32,551 nucleotides of DNA from positions 207,019 to 239,569 of the forward strand of contig CBFGKC010000002.1 in assembly GCA_965649265.1 (NCBI GenBank). Reading direction: 5' to 3'. This stretch comes from a candidate division WOR-3 bacterium (GTDB lineage: Bacteria; Hydrothermota; Tepidihabitantia; B3-TA06). Below, in pieces: positions 17,280 to 26,541 of this stretch. Each line of letters starts with the position of its first letter. The stretch's first letter is position 1. The position numbers were made by a program, and so were the translations under genes. The notes under the pieces are model-generated. The model was not told where the DNA came from. It was given only the letters and a program-made list of their open reading frames with translations, and made no database searches.

Positions 17280-19040
17280 ATGAAAATTACAAGATATCTC
17301 ATAATGGCAGGATGGGGGATTTCCATAATCCTTGCAGGTTGCCAGCGTCCGGAGCCCGAGACACCGAAGCTTATAGCGCCCGTGGACGGCGCGGCATTTG
17401 ATACGATTCCCCCGACGCTTACCTGGAGCGCAAGCAATCCTGAAGGGGAATATACTGTCAAACTGAACATATCGGCAGGGGGAAAGGACCAGAATGTTTC
17501 TGTCGCAGTAAAGGACACCACATACACGCCTTCGATAGAAGGAATCGAATACGCCACGTTTAAGTGGTGCGTGGGTGTCGAAGTTGATACGGGTACTCTC
17601 TGGAGCGAAACCTGGACTTTCTACATAGATGCCAGGGAGAACGTACCCGATTTGATCTTACCCGACATCGGCGCGGTGTTCGACTCCCTGCCCCCTACCT
17701 TTGTATGGTCTAAGGAGGACGTGAGCGAGTATTACCTGATGGTTTTCAAAGATTCGCTCTGGAGCGTCGACACCTTGCTTTGGGATACGCTTCAGGATAC
17801 GACTTACACATTGTCGATGAACACATTCACCTCCGCTGACTCGGGCATATACGAATGGACCGTGGCGGTCAGAGACACGTCAACCGGAGATTTACTTTAC
17901 CCTTCCCCCCGCAGTTTCAGGATAAAACTCGGAGATACCCCCCTCCCCCCCATCGACCTCGACACCACCTACTTCCCCTTCGGGCTGGGGTATGAGTGGT
18001 GCTATGAAACCCACAGTTATGGAAATGATGATTATGGAGCAAATTATAATCGTTATGATACCTTCACGATACAAATCATTGACTCTATCTGGACAGGCGA
18101 CACGCTGGTTTTCTCATTAAGCGGAGGCAAGTTCAGATGTGTAGACAATAAGATTTGGGATAATTCCATAGAAATTGGATCCATAATCATGTTCGATTAT
18201 GTATATGATACAATCTACGTAGTAAACCCAGAACCGTTTGACTTGGGAGAACTAAGTTTATCTTACAGTGGGGATACTTTGAACATCAGCGGAGGAAGTA
18301 GTTTTGGATATCAATCGCTATTGGAATATATTGGGGAAGGTACAAGACGCATCAAAGGTATAGGTTCTATTTCTCAAGCCCGTAGTTACCAATCTTCTTC
18401 TTCATATAGTTCTAACTCTGATCGCCTTTTATACTTCTACAATGGTAAGGACACGATTTACAAAGCGGAGGACTGGAGAGAAGTTATAGATGTAGCCCTT
18501 GATACTACATACTTCCCGATGGGTGAGGGTAACGAGTGGACATACCAGCGACGCAGCTGGGGATCAACACAATCGGGTGACAGCACGATTACGTGGGACG
18601 ATTACGACACCTTTACCGTGAGCGTCGCTGATTCGTTCTGGGAGAGTAACGTTATGCTTGTAAGCTTTTCCGACACCGGCAAGTTTTTCCACGACTTAAG
18701 CAACCCTGCAAAGGTCATGGACGGCAAGGTCTTGATAGATCCATGGAAGGAAGATGCAATGCATCCATGGATCAATCCATATTTGCCAGAAACAAAATGG
18801 GGATCGGAAATCTGCTATTCTAAGGATACTTTGGAGATTTCCTTCGGAGGTACACCGACAGGTGAAGATCCTAACTATTCTTACTATCAAGAGTGGACAT
18901 ATAGGTTAAGAAACATCGGACCCATTCTTCAAGGAACTTCTTACTCAAATTGGGACTTTGGCGAAGAAAGTTATACCAGAGACAGCCTTATCTCTTTCAT
19001 AAGACCCCAAAATAAGTCCAGGCGTTGGAATTGGAAGTAA
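17280..19040 (+). CDS. Lipoprotein: two FnIII/Ig-like repeats plus two 'LDTTYFPxGxGxEWxY' beta modules
   Basis: Lipobox LAGC; repeats PKLIAPVDGAAFDTIPPTLTWS and PDLILPDIGAVFDSLPPTFVWS; modules begin IDLDTTYFPFGLGYEWCY and VALDTTYFPMGEGNEWTY. Confidence 0.85.
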   Translation: MKITRYLIMAGWGISIILAGCQRPEPETPKLIAPVDGAAFDTIPPTLTWSASNPEGEYTVKLNISAGGKDQNVSVAVKDTTYTPSIEGIEYATFKWCVGVEVDTGTLWSETWTFYIDARENVPDLILPDIGAVFDSLPPTFVWSKEDVSEYYLMVFKDSLWSVDTLLWDTLQDTTYTLSMNTFTSADSGIYEWTVAVRDTSTGDLLYPSPRSFRIKLGDTPLPPIDLDTTYFPFGLGYEWCYETHSYGNDDYGANYNRYDTFTIQIIDSIWTGDTLVFSLSGGKFRCVDNKIWDNSIEIGSIIMFDYVYDTIYVVNPEPFDLGELSLSYSGDTLNISGGSSFGYQSLLEYIGEGTRRIKGIGSISQARSYQSSSSYSSNSDRLLYFYNGKDTIYKAEDWREVIDVALDTTYFPMGEGNEWTYQRRSWGSTQSGDSTITWDDYDTFTVSVADSFWESNVMLVSFSDTGKFFHDLSNPAKVMDGKVLIDPWKEDAMHPWINPYLPETKWGSEICYSKDTLEISFGGTPTGEDPNYSYYQEWTYRLRNIGPILQGTSYSNWDFGEESYTRDSLISFIRPQNKSRRWNWK

Positions 19041-19043
19041 TGC

Positions 19044-20222
19044 ATGAAGCATCTTTATAAGGATATCTTGTTGTCAGTGGCGGCACTGGTGATGTTTACT
19101 TGCTGCCAGCCCGATATCTCTCACGGCGACATCGACCTCGATACCACCTACTTCCCGTTCGGTCTGGGTTATGAGTGGTGCTATGATTGCTACAGTTACT
19201 CGTATCACTCTGAACCAGAAAATTCTGGCGTGGGATTTGATACAATTACAATTAAAGTCCTGGATTCCGTCTCTTCCGATGGCGGCTTGCGCTTCATATT
19301 GAATGATTTCTCTTTCGAAGATTTGGGCGAGCGTCCTCTTTTCATTGACAACGATGTGCAGCTTACGTGGAATCATTACTACGTAGACAGTATGCTGATT
19401 CCTATCTCGCCAGAGACTAAGAAGTATTCCAAGGAAAACGTAACCATAGCTGTCGATTATTTGATGGATACTTTATCAATAGCCATTGTTGAACCGGGTG
19501 ATTTTTATTACAACGGTGATTTTAAAAAAACCGCGCAAAGAGTGAAAGGAATTGGCGCTATATGCTTAACTGATTCAAATTGGTTTGCTTGGGTCCACGG
19601 TGACGTGACTACAAAACGCCTTCTCTGGTTTTACAACGGCAAGGATACGGTTTACAAGGCTAAGGATTGGGGAGAGGTGATTGATGTTGACCTTGATACT
19701 ACATACTTCCCCCTGGGCCTCGGCTACGAGTGGAAGTATCAACGACACAGCTGGGGGAAACAAACATCAGAAGACAGCACAACAACTTGGGACTATTACG
19801 ATACCTTCACCGTGAGCGTTGCCGATTCGTTCTGGGAAGGTAAAACGATGATGATACGCTTTGCTTCAGATTCCGGTAAACCGTTTCGCGACCTCGACAA
19901 CCCAGCTAAGGTCATGGACGGCAAGGTGCTTGTACAAAGGTGGGATGGTATTACACCGTGGGTCAATCCATATCAACCTGAGGAAAAATTGTACATAGGC
20001 ATCAGCTACTCTGGTGACACCTTGAACTTTTCACATGTCGAATCATTCTATGGCTTAGAATACACCACATCCCACGGAGAGTGGATAAAAAGGCTAAGGG
20101 AAATTGGATTGATTCATCAAGGGTCTGCCTACTCCTTTTATTCGTCTGAATATGAAGAGGAAAGAAATACCCGCGACAGCCTCATCCTCTTCACCACACA
20201 TGAAGGCCAGGTCTGGCCTTAG
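19044..20222 (+). CDS. Paralogous lipoprotein with two 'LDTTYFPxGxGxEWxY' modules
   Basis: Signal ending FTCC; modules IDLDTTYFPFGLGYEWCY and VDLDTTYFPLGLGYEWKY; starts 3 nt after the upstream paralogue. Confidence 0.85.
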   Translation: MKHLYKDILLSVAALVMFTCCQPDISHGDIDLDTTYFPFGLGYEWCYDCYSYSYHSEPENSGVGFDTITIKVLDSVSSDGGLRFILNDFSFEDLGERPLFIDNDVQLTWNHYYVDSMLIPISPETKKYSKENVTIAVDYLMDTLSIAIVEPGDFYYNGDFKKTAQRVKGIGAICLTDSNWFAWVHGDVTTKRLLWFYNGKDTVYKAKDWGEVIDVDLDTTYFPLGLGYEWKYQRHSWGKQTSEDSTTTWDYYDTFTVSVADSFWEGKTMMIRFASDSGKPFRDLDNPAKVMDGKVLVQRWDGITPWVNPYQPEEKLYIGISYSGDTLNFSHVESFYGLEYTTSHGEWIKRLREIGLIHQGSAYSFYSSEYEEERNTRDSLILFTTHEGQVWP

Positions 20223-20236
20223 TTTGGGATTTATTG

Positions 20237-20264
20237 AAAAGCCCGCCTGCAGGCGGGCTTTTTT
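20237..20264. terminator. Probable bidirectional intrinsic terminator
   Basis: Perfect palindrome AAAAGCCCGCCTG-CAGGCGGGCTTTT(TT) between convergent genes. Confidence 0.9.
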
Positions 20265-20280
20265 AGTTTAATTTCAGGTG

Positions 20281-21636
20281 TTACCTTATTTCTTCAGCCA
20301 GTCTGATGCCTATGCGGCCGGGCGCGAGCTTTATCTTCATGCGCTTGCCCTCGCGTTCGATGAGCATGATTACTGATTTCGTCTCCGGCTTCACCGAGTT
20401 GAGCGCATCCCGGAGTTCCATATTGGTCGTGATCTTGCGGTTGTTGTAGGAGAGCACGACGTCTCGAGCCTGGAGTCCGACCGCCTCACCCTGTCCGCCC
20501 GGGATGACGTCGGTGATGACGAGCTGTTTCGAAGTCGCATCAACCGTCTTCCACGAGCTTTCGGTGGCGAGCTTTATGAGCGCGGAGTACGACGACTGGC
20601 GCAGCGGCTGCGGCCGCGTCTTGTCGGCAAGAATCAGGGTAAGCGCAAGCTCGGCGCCAGTGCAGCGCCTTGCGCCCAGAAGGTAAATTATCTCTTTACG
20701 AACGACCTCATTGGTATCCTCCTCGTAGAGCTTGAGGAGCCCGGCCTCGATGTCGACAAGTGGAGCGCTCGAGCAGAGAGTCTTGTGCAACAATGCGGCG
20801 TGATCGTCCGGGGTAAGGGCTTCCTCGGGCCAGAGAAGATTGATGAGCGCAGTCGTATCGGGATTAAGTTCGCGGTAGCAGAAATCGCGTGCGTCCTCGA
20901 ACTCCTCGTTGGTAAGCTGGTGCTTAACGGGATAGCTCATGAGTTCCACGCGCAGCTCGCGCTCCTTGAGTGTGTCGTACGCGGCCTGGGCGGACGTGTA
21001 CTCGACCACGTTGTCGTACGCTCCGTGAAGGATACGGACCGGAAGCTTAAGCGCGGCTTCCGGGAGCGTAAGGGGATGAAGCGAGTCGGCATCTATCCAG
21101 CCGCCCGCAGGCAAGAGGCCGCGGAAGAGTTCGGGATAGGTTAGTCCGACTTTATACGTGAGGAACCCACCCTGCGAGAACCCGAAAAGGAAAACCTTTG
21201 AAGGATCCACAGGGTAGTCTTTTTCGACTTTTCGGATTGCCTCTGCGATCCAGCGCACGGTCTGGTCCAAAGTCACGTCGTTCGAGACGAATCGCGGTTC
21301 GGTCGTATCGCTCCAGAACCACCACGTCCAGCCGAAGTTCTCGCCCTCTTCCATCGGGGGGAGGGGATAGGCGGATTCGGGGTAAAGGCCGATTGCGCCA
21401 TCGGGCACGAGAGTCTGCGCGGTGCCGACGTAAGAAGACATGCGGTCGCCGAACCCGTGTATGCCCACGACTAGCGGGTAGGTTTTTGTGGAATCGTAAT
21501 CCGACGGCAGCTCCACGATGTAGCCGAGCGCTATTGGAAACTCGGACGTTTTAACCAGCACTTGCGGCGGCATCATCATCATCTGTGCCGACAAGAGTGC
21601 AACTGATACTAGCGTCAATACTATCAATTTTTTCAC
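20281..21636 (-). CDS. Secreted alpha/beta-hydrolase (carboxylesterase/phospholipase-like) with HEAT-like and PDZ domains
   Basis: Likely GTG start at 21636 after GGAGG; signal MKKLIVLTLVSVALLSA; HGFG, GFSQG, ILHGAYDNVV, KHQL; PDZ VITDVIPGGQGEAVGLQARDVVLSYN. Confidence 0.85.
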   Translation of the reverse strand: MKKLIVLTLVSVALLSAQMMMMPPQVLVKTSEFPIALGYIVELPSDYDSTKTYPLVVGIHGFGDRMSSYVGTAQTLVPDGAIGLYPESAYPLPPMEEGENFGWTWWFWSDTTEPRFVSNDVTLDQTVRWIAEAIRKVEKDYPVDPSKVFLFGFSQGGFLTYKVGLTYPELFRGLLPAGGWIDADSLHPLTLPEAALKLPVRILHGAYDNVVEYTSAQAAYDTLKERELRVELMSYPVKHQLTNEEFEDARDFCYRELNPDTTALINLLWPEEALTPDDHAALLHKTLCSSAPLVDIEAGLLKLYEEDTNEVVRKEIIYLLGARRCTGAELALTLILADKTRPQPLRQSSYSALIKLATESSWKTVDATSKQLVITDVIPGGQGEAVGLQARDVVLSYNNRKITTNMELRDALNSVKPETKSVIMLIEREGKRMKIKLAPGRIGIRLAEEIR

Positions 21637-21661
21637 GAATGCCTCCATTGGTCTTTTCGGA

Positions 21662-21689
21662 AATATACGCGTATAAGAACAAGAGTCAA
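21662..21689 (-). promoter_or_regulatory. Promoter for the hydrolase-PDZ gene
   Basis: TTGACT-N16-TATATT. Confidence 0.6.
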
Positions 21690-21705
21690 ATAATCTTGAT
21701 TGTTA

Positions 21706-22695
21706 TTATCTAAAAACTTCCCTTATCAACCCGATTATGGTTGATGCGTCGTTATCGAAGTACGTGTTTATGCAGTAAACGAGGGAATTGCCGTCAGGCG
21801 AGAACACCGCGTCGATTACGTTATCGTAGCTGAAATCCCGACGGTCCCTTGGTGCGGCTGGAACCTCGAGCACGTCCCCGTTTGTAATATTTACGACCGC
21901 AATGTAATCAGCCCACTTTGTCGTGTCGGCAGGATCTTCAAATCCCGATATCGCCACATATCGAGGATCCGGTTGATTGATGCTGCAAAAAGCATACGGG
22001 CTGTAGCTTCCAAAATCCACATCCCTGATGCCGCCCGATACAAGAGAGTAGATGCTGTCGTTCATGAGAACTGCAGAATCTTCCGGGAAGATATCGAATG
22101 TCATCCAAAAGTCCACAAGGTTCGCTGTTGATGTCAGAATAGTATCGTATTCCCTTGTTTGAAGATTCAAACGCAAGAGGTAAAGGTCTGTGTGCTCTCC
22201 CCCGAAGGCAAAAAGGATATAGAGAATGTTGTCTGAAATCCTTGAAAAACACAGGTCGGATACAAATATGAGCTCCGGCTCAGAGAAAAGAAAAGAGTCT
22301 CTCGCATTGCCCGCCAAATCGCCGATCATTACGATTCCCCTTGGTTGTGGTACGGAGTTATCAACTTTGACATAAGCCATAACGTCTGACATGGACGATA
22401 CTGCAAGAGTCCAGCCAAGTTCTTCATTTTTGTTGAATCTTATCTCTTCGATAGACTCGTCTTCAAGTCCTGCTTTGCACACTCCTTCCCCTTTGGAAAA
22501 ATCTAAACCTACGAAGAAGATGTTGGTTCCGCTTTTATCCCACTGAGGCGCAAAGGAGTCGGAATAACCCTTTGACTGGAGATTATCGAAATCGACGATT
22601 ATCTCCGGCTTCGAAGGACCATCGAAAAGCGAACAGGATGCCCCGAAGATTGCCGAAACGGCGAGGGTGATTTTTAGGATTTTGTTTCTATCCAT
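21706..22695 (-). CDS. Lipoprotein with TolB-like beta-propeller
   Basis: ATG at 22695 after AGGAGG; lipobox GASC; PD40-like blades FAPQWDKSGTNIFF and DAVFSPDGNSLVY. Confidence 0.78.
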   Translation of the reverse strand: MDRNKILKITLAVSAIFGASCSLFDGPSKPEIIVDFDNLQSKGYSDSFAPQWDKSGTNIFFVGLDFSKGEGVCKAGLEDESIEEIRFNKNEELGWTLAVSSMSDVMAYVKVDNSVPQPRGIVMIGDLAGNARDSFLFSEPELIFVSDLCFSRISDNILYILFAFGGEHTDLYLLRLNLQTREYDTILTSTANLVDFWMTFDIFPEDSAVLMNDSIYSLVSGGIRDVDFGSYSPYAFCSINQPDPRYVAISGFEDPADTTKWADYIAVVNITNGDVLEVPAAPRDRRDFSYDNVIDAVFSPDGNSLVYCINTYFDNDASTIIGLIREVFR

Positions 22696-22717
22696 CCGAT
22701 CCTCCTTTCTTAAATGT

Positions 22718-22746
22718 ATGATAGAAGAAAAGACGACGCCTGTCAA
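22718..22746 (-). promoter_or_regulatory. Promoter for the TolB-like lipoprotein
   Basis: TTGACA-N17-TATCAT. Confidence 0.65.
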
Positions 22747-22791
22747 GCCGCAAGTGCCTTTTTGAATACAAAGCCCCCCTCCCCCCTTGTA

Positions 22792-22819
22792 TTGACTTTA
22801 AATGACCCTTCCCTATAAT
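22792..22819 (+). promoter_or_regulatory. Promoter of the hyp-ileS-dksA operon, near-leaderless
   Basis: TTGACT-N16-TATAAT, then 8 nt to the ATG at 22828; no SD. Confidence 0.75.
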
Positions 22820-22827
22820 TAGCGGCT

Positions 22828-23400
22828 ATGGGTGTAATACTTACGTTTTTGATGTTTTCCGGGACGCCGACCGACTGGGACGTGGCTCGTGACGCCCTGC
22901 GGGAGATGTTTGCTGGAGTCAAGGGATTGGACAGCGCTGAAAGTGTGGTCATATACGACACACGCTACTCGTCAGACGACGCGGGCTACCTTGTCCGCTC
23001 GGAACTTTCCCACGTATTGGAGAATAAGGGCGTAAAAGTTTATTTTGCCGCACCCCTGGGTTCGGAACCCGAGATTGAAGTGCGCTACCTCGTCAATGAG
23101 ATGAGGGTTGTGCACAAGAAAAGCTACCGCAAGCTGCTTTTGGGCAGAAAGATGATTGAACGATGGGTTCAGGCAGACGTGGAGATAACGGTCTTGCGTG
23201 ACAACATGGTCGTCTCGCAGCAAAGGCTTACAACGGAAAAGAAGAGCACGTTTCCCGAGAGCGAACTCGACCTCGTGCGTGCTCCCTTTACCACGGAGTA
23301 CTACTCCTCGTCTTCCGCGGGAAGCCTTTGGGAACCTTTAGTAGTAACAGCCCTTGTAGGAGCGCTCATCTATTTGTTTTATGCGCCTAAGTCTCAATGA
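22828..23400 (+). CDS. Hypothetical exported/membrane protein with C-terminal TM anchor
   Basis: Hydrophobic N-terminus; C-terminal WEPLVVTALVGALIYLFY; ATGA-coupled to ileS. Confidence 0.75.
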   Translation: MGVILTFLMFSGTPTDWDVARDALREMFAGVKGLDSAESVVIYDTRYSSDDAGYLVRSELSHVLENKGVKVYFAAPLGSEPEIEVRYLVNEMRVVHKKSYRKLLLGRKMIERWVQADVEITVLRDNMVVSQQRLTTEKKSTFPESELDLVRAPFTTEYYSSSSAGSLWEPLVVTALVGALIYLFYAPKSQ

Positions 23401-26180
23401 ACTATAAAGAAACAATCCACCTTCCGCAGACCGATTTCCCGATGAAGGCCGATCTGGCAAGGCGGGAGCCTGTTCTTTTAAAGAACTGGATGGAGCAGAG
23501 CATTTACAGAAAAATGATAGATGCGAGAAAGGGCGGGGATACTTACATTCTTCACGACGGGCCGCCTTACTCCAACGGACACGTTCATCTGGGAACGGTT
23601 CTCAACAAAATAGTCAAAGATTTCATCATAAAATACCGCTCCATGAACGGGTTCTTCGCCCCATACGTCCCGGGCTGGGACAACCACGGCATGCCCATCG
23701 AAAACAACGTCCTCGCCGAGTTTCGCAAAGACGGAAAGGCGATAGAGCGCCTTGCCGTCCGCAAGCGCTGCCGCGAGTATGCGGGGCATTTCGTATCAAT
23801 ACAGCTCGAAGAATTCGTGCGGCTGGGCATCCTGGGTGAATGGGACAATCCGTACACGACCATGTCATTGCGGTATGAATCGGAAATATTGAGGATATTC
23901 GCGACGCTCGTGGAAAAGGGGTATATTTACAGGGATTTGAGGCCGATTCACTGGTGCACCACCTGCCAGACCGCGCTCGCGGATGCCGAGATCGAATACA
24001 AGGAGAAGCGTTCGCATTCCATATGGATTCGTTTTCCGCTTCTGGAGGACCCGGACAAGATATTCAAGGGACAGATTGCCGGCGCCTACGCGCTCGTGTG
24101 GACCACGACACCCTGGACGATTCCTGCCAACCTTGCCTTGACCGTCAGGCCCGACTTCGAGTACTATATCGTGAGAAACGGCGAAGAGCGGTACCTTGTG
24201 GCAAAGGCTCTTTACGAGCAGACGGCAAAGGAACTGGGCTGGGATTCTGCCGGACTTGAGATAGAAACGCGTCTTACCGGCGAAGAACTTGCCAATCTCA
24301 AGTTCCGCCACCCGATATTCTCAAGATCCGCGCCGGTGCTTCAGGGTGACTTCGTGACCGCCGACCAGGGAACTGGAATTGTGCACACCGCTCCCGGTCA
24401 CGGCGAAGAGGACTTCAGAATAGGCAAGAAACACGGTCTGCCGGTTCTCTCACCGGTCGACGCATCGGGTCATTTCACGCACGAGGCGGGCGAGCGTTTC
24501 CAGGGGCTCGATCTGGAAAAGGGCAATGCGGCAGTTCTCGAGGCATTGAGGGAAGCCGGGAATTTACTCAAGGAGGACAGGATAGAGCACCAGTATCCTT
24601 ACTGCTGGCGCTGCCACAATCCGGTGATATTCCGAACGACACTTCAGTGGTTCATGGACGTCGATTACCACGATCACCGCAAAAAGGCGCTCGATGCAAT
24701 ATCCAAGGTCAAGTGGACGCCTCCCGAATCCTACGAGCGAATCAAGGCGGCAATCGAATCGAGACCGGACTGGTGCCTTTCCAGACAGCGCTTCTGGGGA
24801 GTCGGGATACCTGCCTTCTACTGCAATGACTGCGGAGAGGCGATCCTGGATGCGAAACTAGTGAGAAAAACCGCAGATCTCGTGGCCAAATACTCGGCGG
24901 ATTTCTGGTTCGAGAAGAACATCATGGAGCACTATTCAGACCTTTCGTGCCCCAAGTGCGGCTCGAAGAACCTTAAACCCGAGGAAGACATCCTCGACGT
25001 CTGGTTCGATTCATCATGCTCCTCTTTGATTGTTTGCCGTTCGTGGGATGACCTGCGTTGGCCTGCCGATCTTTTCCTCGAGGGCCCCGATCAGCACCGC
25101 GGCTGGTTCAACGTGTCTCTCATGACAAGCCTCGGAACCGAGGGGAGGGCCCCCTACAGCCAGGTTGCGACTAACGGCTGGGTCGTGGACCAGGAAGGCA
25201 AGGCCATGCATAAATCCCTCGGCAACTACATGGCCGCCGACGAGATAGTTTCCAAGTACGGTGCGGACGTCTTGAGGCTCTGGGTGGCATCATCGGAGTT
25301 CACTAAAGACGTCAGGGTCAGCCAGGAGATACTGGACAGGGTCGTGGATGCGTACCGCAAGATCCGCAATACCATTCGATTTCTTCTGGGAAACCTAGCC
25401 GGGTTCAGTGAAAAGGACAAGGTTTCAATAGACAAACTCGCTCCCAGGGAACGTTACATACTTCACGAACTTCAGAAACTCGTGGCCAAAGTCAGCGAGG
25501 CATTCGGGGAGTTGAACTTCCATCACGCGTTCCAGGCGATTTACCAGTTCGCCGGAGTGACCCTTTCGAGCTTCTACATGGACGTAACCAAGGATACCTT
25601 GTACACCAGGGCAAAACGATCTGAAATAAGACTTTCGGTTCAGACGGTCATGGCCGAGGTCCTCGATACGCTGTTGAGACTCCTCGCCCCCCTTGCGAGC
25701 TTCACTGCCGAGGAGGCCTACGGGATGGCGCCCTTTGAAGACAAGCCCGAAAGCATATTCCTTTGCGATTTTCCGAAGGTCAAGGCGGAGCTCGAAAACA
25801 GGGAACTCGCATACGAGTTTTCGCAGCTTCTTGCCGTTCGCGACGAGGTACTGAAGGCACTGGAGGTTGAACGCACATCCGGAAGGCTCCGTGCATCCAT
25901 TGACGCGGGCATCCATCTTGCCGCAAAGAACGAGTCCCTTGCGGCTCTTTTAAAAAAATATTCAAACGACCTGGCAGAACTTTTTATTGTTTCGGAAGTA
26001 ACGCTCAAGGAATGGGACGATGTTGCTTCCGACGTCAAGGGCGCAGAACTTGCAGTACTAGCAGTCAAACCGTCGGGAACCAAGTGCGTGCGCTGCTGGC
26101 TTTGGTCAGAAACCACTGGAACGCACCCGGATCATCCTGGGATTTGCGATAAATGTTATGAGGCGGTAACAAGTGAATAA
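23397..26180 (+). CDS. ileS: Isoleucine--tRNA ligase (type 1)
   Basis: LHDGPPY, HLGT (HIGH), PGWDNHGMPIE, WTTTPWT, GTGIVHTAPGHG, DWCLSRQR, AMHKS (KMSKS), C-terminal CxxC...CxxC zinc finger. Confidence 0.98.
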   Translation: MNYKETIHLPQTDFPMKADLARREPVLLKNWMEQSIYRKMIDARKGGDTYILHDGPPYSNGHVHLGTVLNKIVKDFIIKYRSMNGFFAPYVPGWDNHGMPIENNVLAEFRKDGKAIERLAVRKRCREYAGHFVSIQLEEFVRLGILGEWDNPYTTMSLRYESEILRIFATLVEKGYIYRDLRPIHWCTTCQTALADAEIEYKEKRSHSIWIRFPLLEDPDKIFKGQIAGAYALVWTTTPWTIPANLALTVRPDFEYYIVRNGEERYLVAKALYEQTAKELGWDSAGLEIETRLTGEELANLKFRHPIFSRSAPVLQGDFVTADQGTGIVHTAPGHGEEDFRIGKKHGLPVLSPVDASGHFTHEAGERFQGLDLEKGNAAVLEALREAGNLLKEDRIEHQYPYCWRCHNPVIFRTTLQWFMDVDYHDHRKKALDAISKVKWTPPESYERIKAAIESRPDWCLSRQRFWGVGIPAFYCNDCGEAILDAKLVRKTADLVAKYSADFWFEKNIMEHYSDLSCPKCGSKNLKPEEDILDVWFDSSCSSLIVCRSWDDLRWPADLFLEGPDQHRGWFNVSLMTSLGTEGRAPYSQVATNGWVVDQEGKAMHKSLGNYMAADEIVSKYGADVLRLWVASSEFTKDVRVSQEILDRVVDAYRKIRNTIRFLLGNLAGFSEKDKVSIDKLAPRERYILHELQKLVAKVSEAFGELNFHHAFQAIYQFAGVTLSSFYMDVTKDTLYTRAKRSEIRLSVQTVMAEVLDTLLRLLAPLASFTAEEAYGMAPFEDKPESIFLCDFPKVKAELENRELAYEFSQLLAVRDEVLKALEVERTSGRLRASIDAGIHLAAKNESLAALLKKYSNDLAELFIVSEVTLKEWDDVASDVKGAELAVLAVKPSGTKCVRCWLWSETTGTHPDHPGICDKCYEAVTSE

Positions 26181-26541
26181 ACGCGACCTTCAAAAATATG
26201 CTCGCAGGCTTCTTGAAGAGAAAATTCGTCTTCTTCGAGAAATGGGAGTCGAAGAAAAGGCTCTTGAAGAACTTGCCAAAGAGGCTTCAGGGGATCTTTC
26301 CAGTTTCACCTTCCACATGGCCGATCAATCAGGCGAAACGTATCGCAGAGAGCTCAAGGCAAGCCTGACTTCCGAACAGACGCAAATTCTCAAGGCGATT
26401 GACCAGGCGCTCAAACGGTTACACGACGGCAAATTCGGCCTTTGTTCACGCTGTGGCCAGAAGATAGAAAAGGACAGACTGGATTATTTACCGTACGCCA
26501 TGCACTGCATCAAGTGCCAGCGTCTTGTAGAGAGCTCCTGA
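26173..26541 (+). CDS. dksA: TraR/DksA C4-type zinc-finger protein
   Basis: Coiled coil with GDLSSFTFHMAD tip; CSRCG...RL...P...HCIKCQ. Confidence 0.88.
   Translation: MNKRDLQKYARRLLEEKIRLLREMGVEEKALEELAKEASGDLSSFTFHMADQSGETYRRELKASLTSEQTQILKAIDQALKRLHDGKFGLCSRCGQKIEKDRLDYLPYAMHCIKCQRLVESS

Noticed and set aside
17951-20222. Diversity-generating retroelement template/variable repeat pair
   Set aside because: Differences in the blocks compared are mostly synonymous third positions, not adenine-specific; no reverse transcriptase in the window.
15390-22746. Longer ORF-track starts at 15425, 21648 and 22746
   Set aside because: SD position, signal peptides and promoter location favour 15389, 21636 and 22695.
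22750-23400. T-box riboswitch upstream of ileS
   Set aside because: ileS is coupled to an upstream ORF whose promoter abuts its ATG; no leader or T-box motif.
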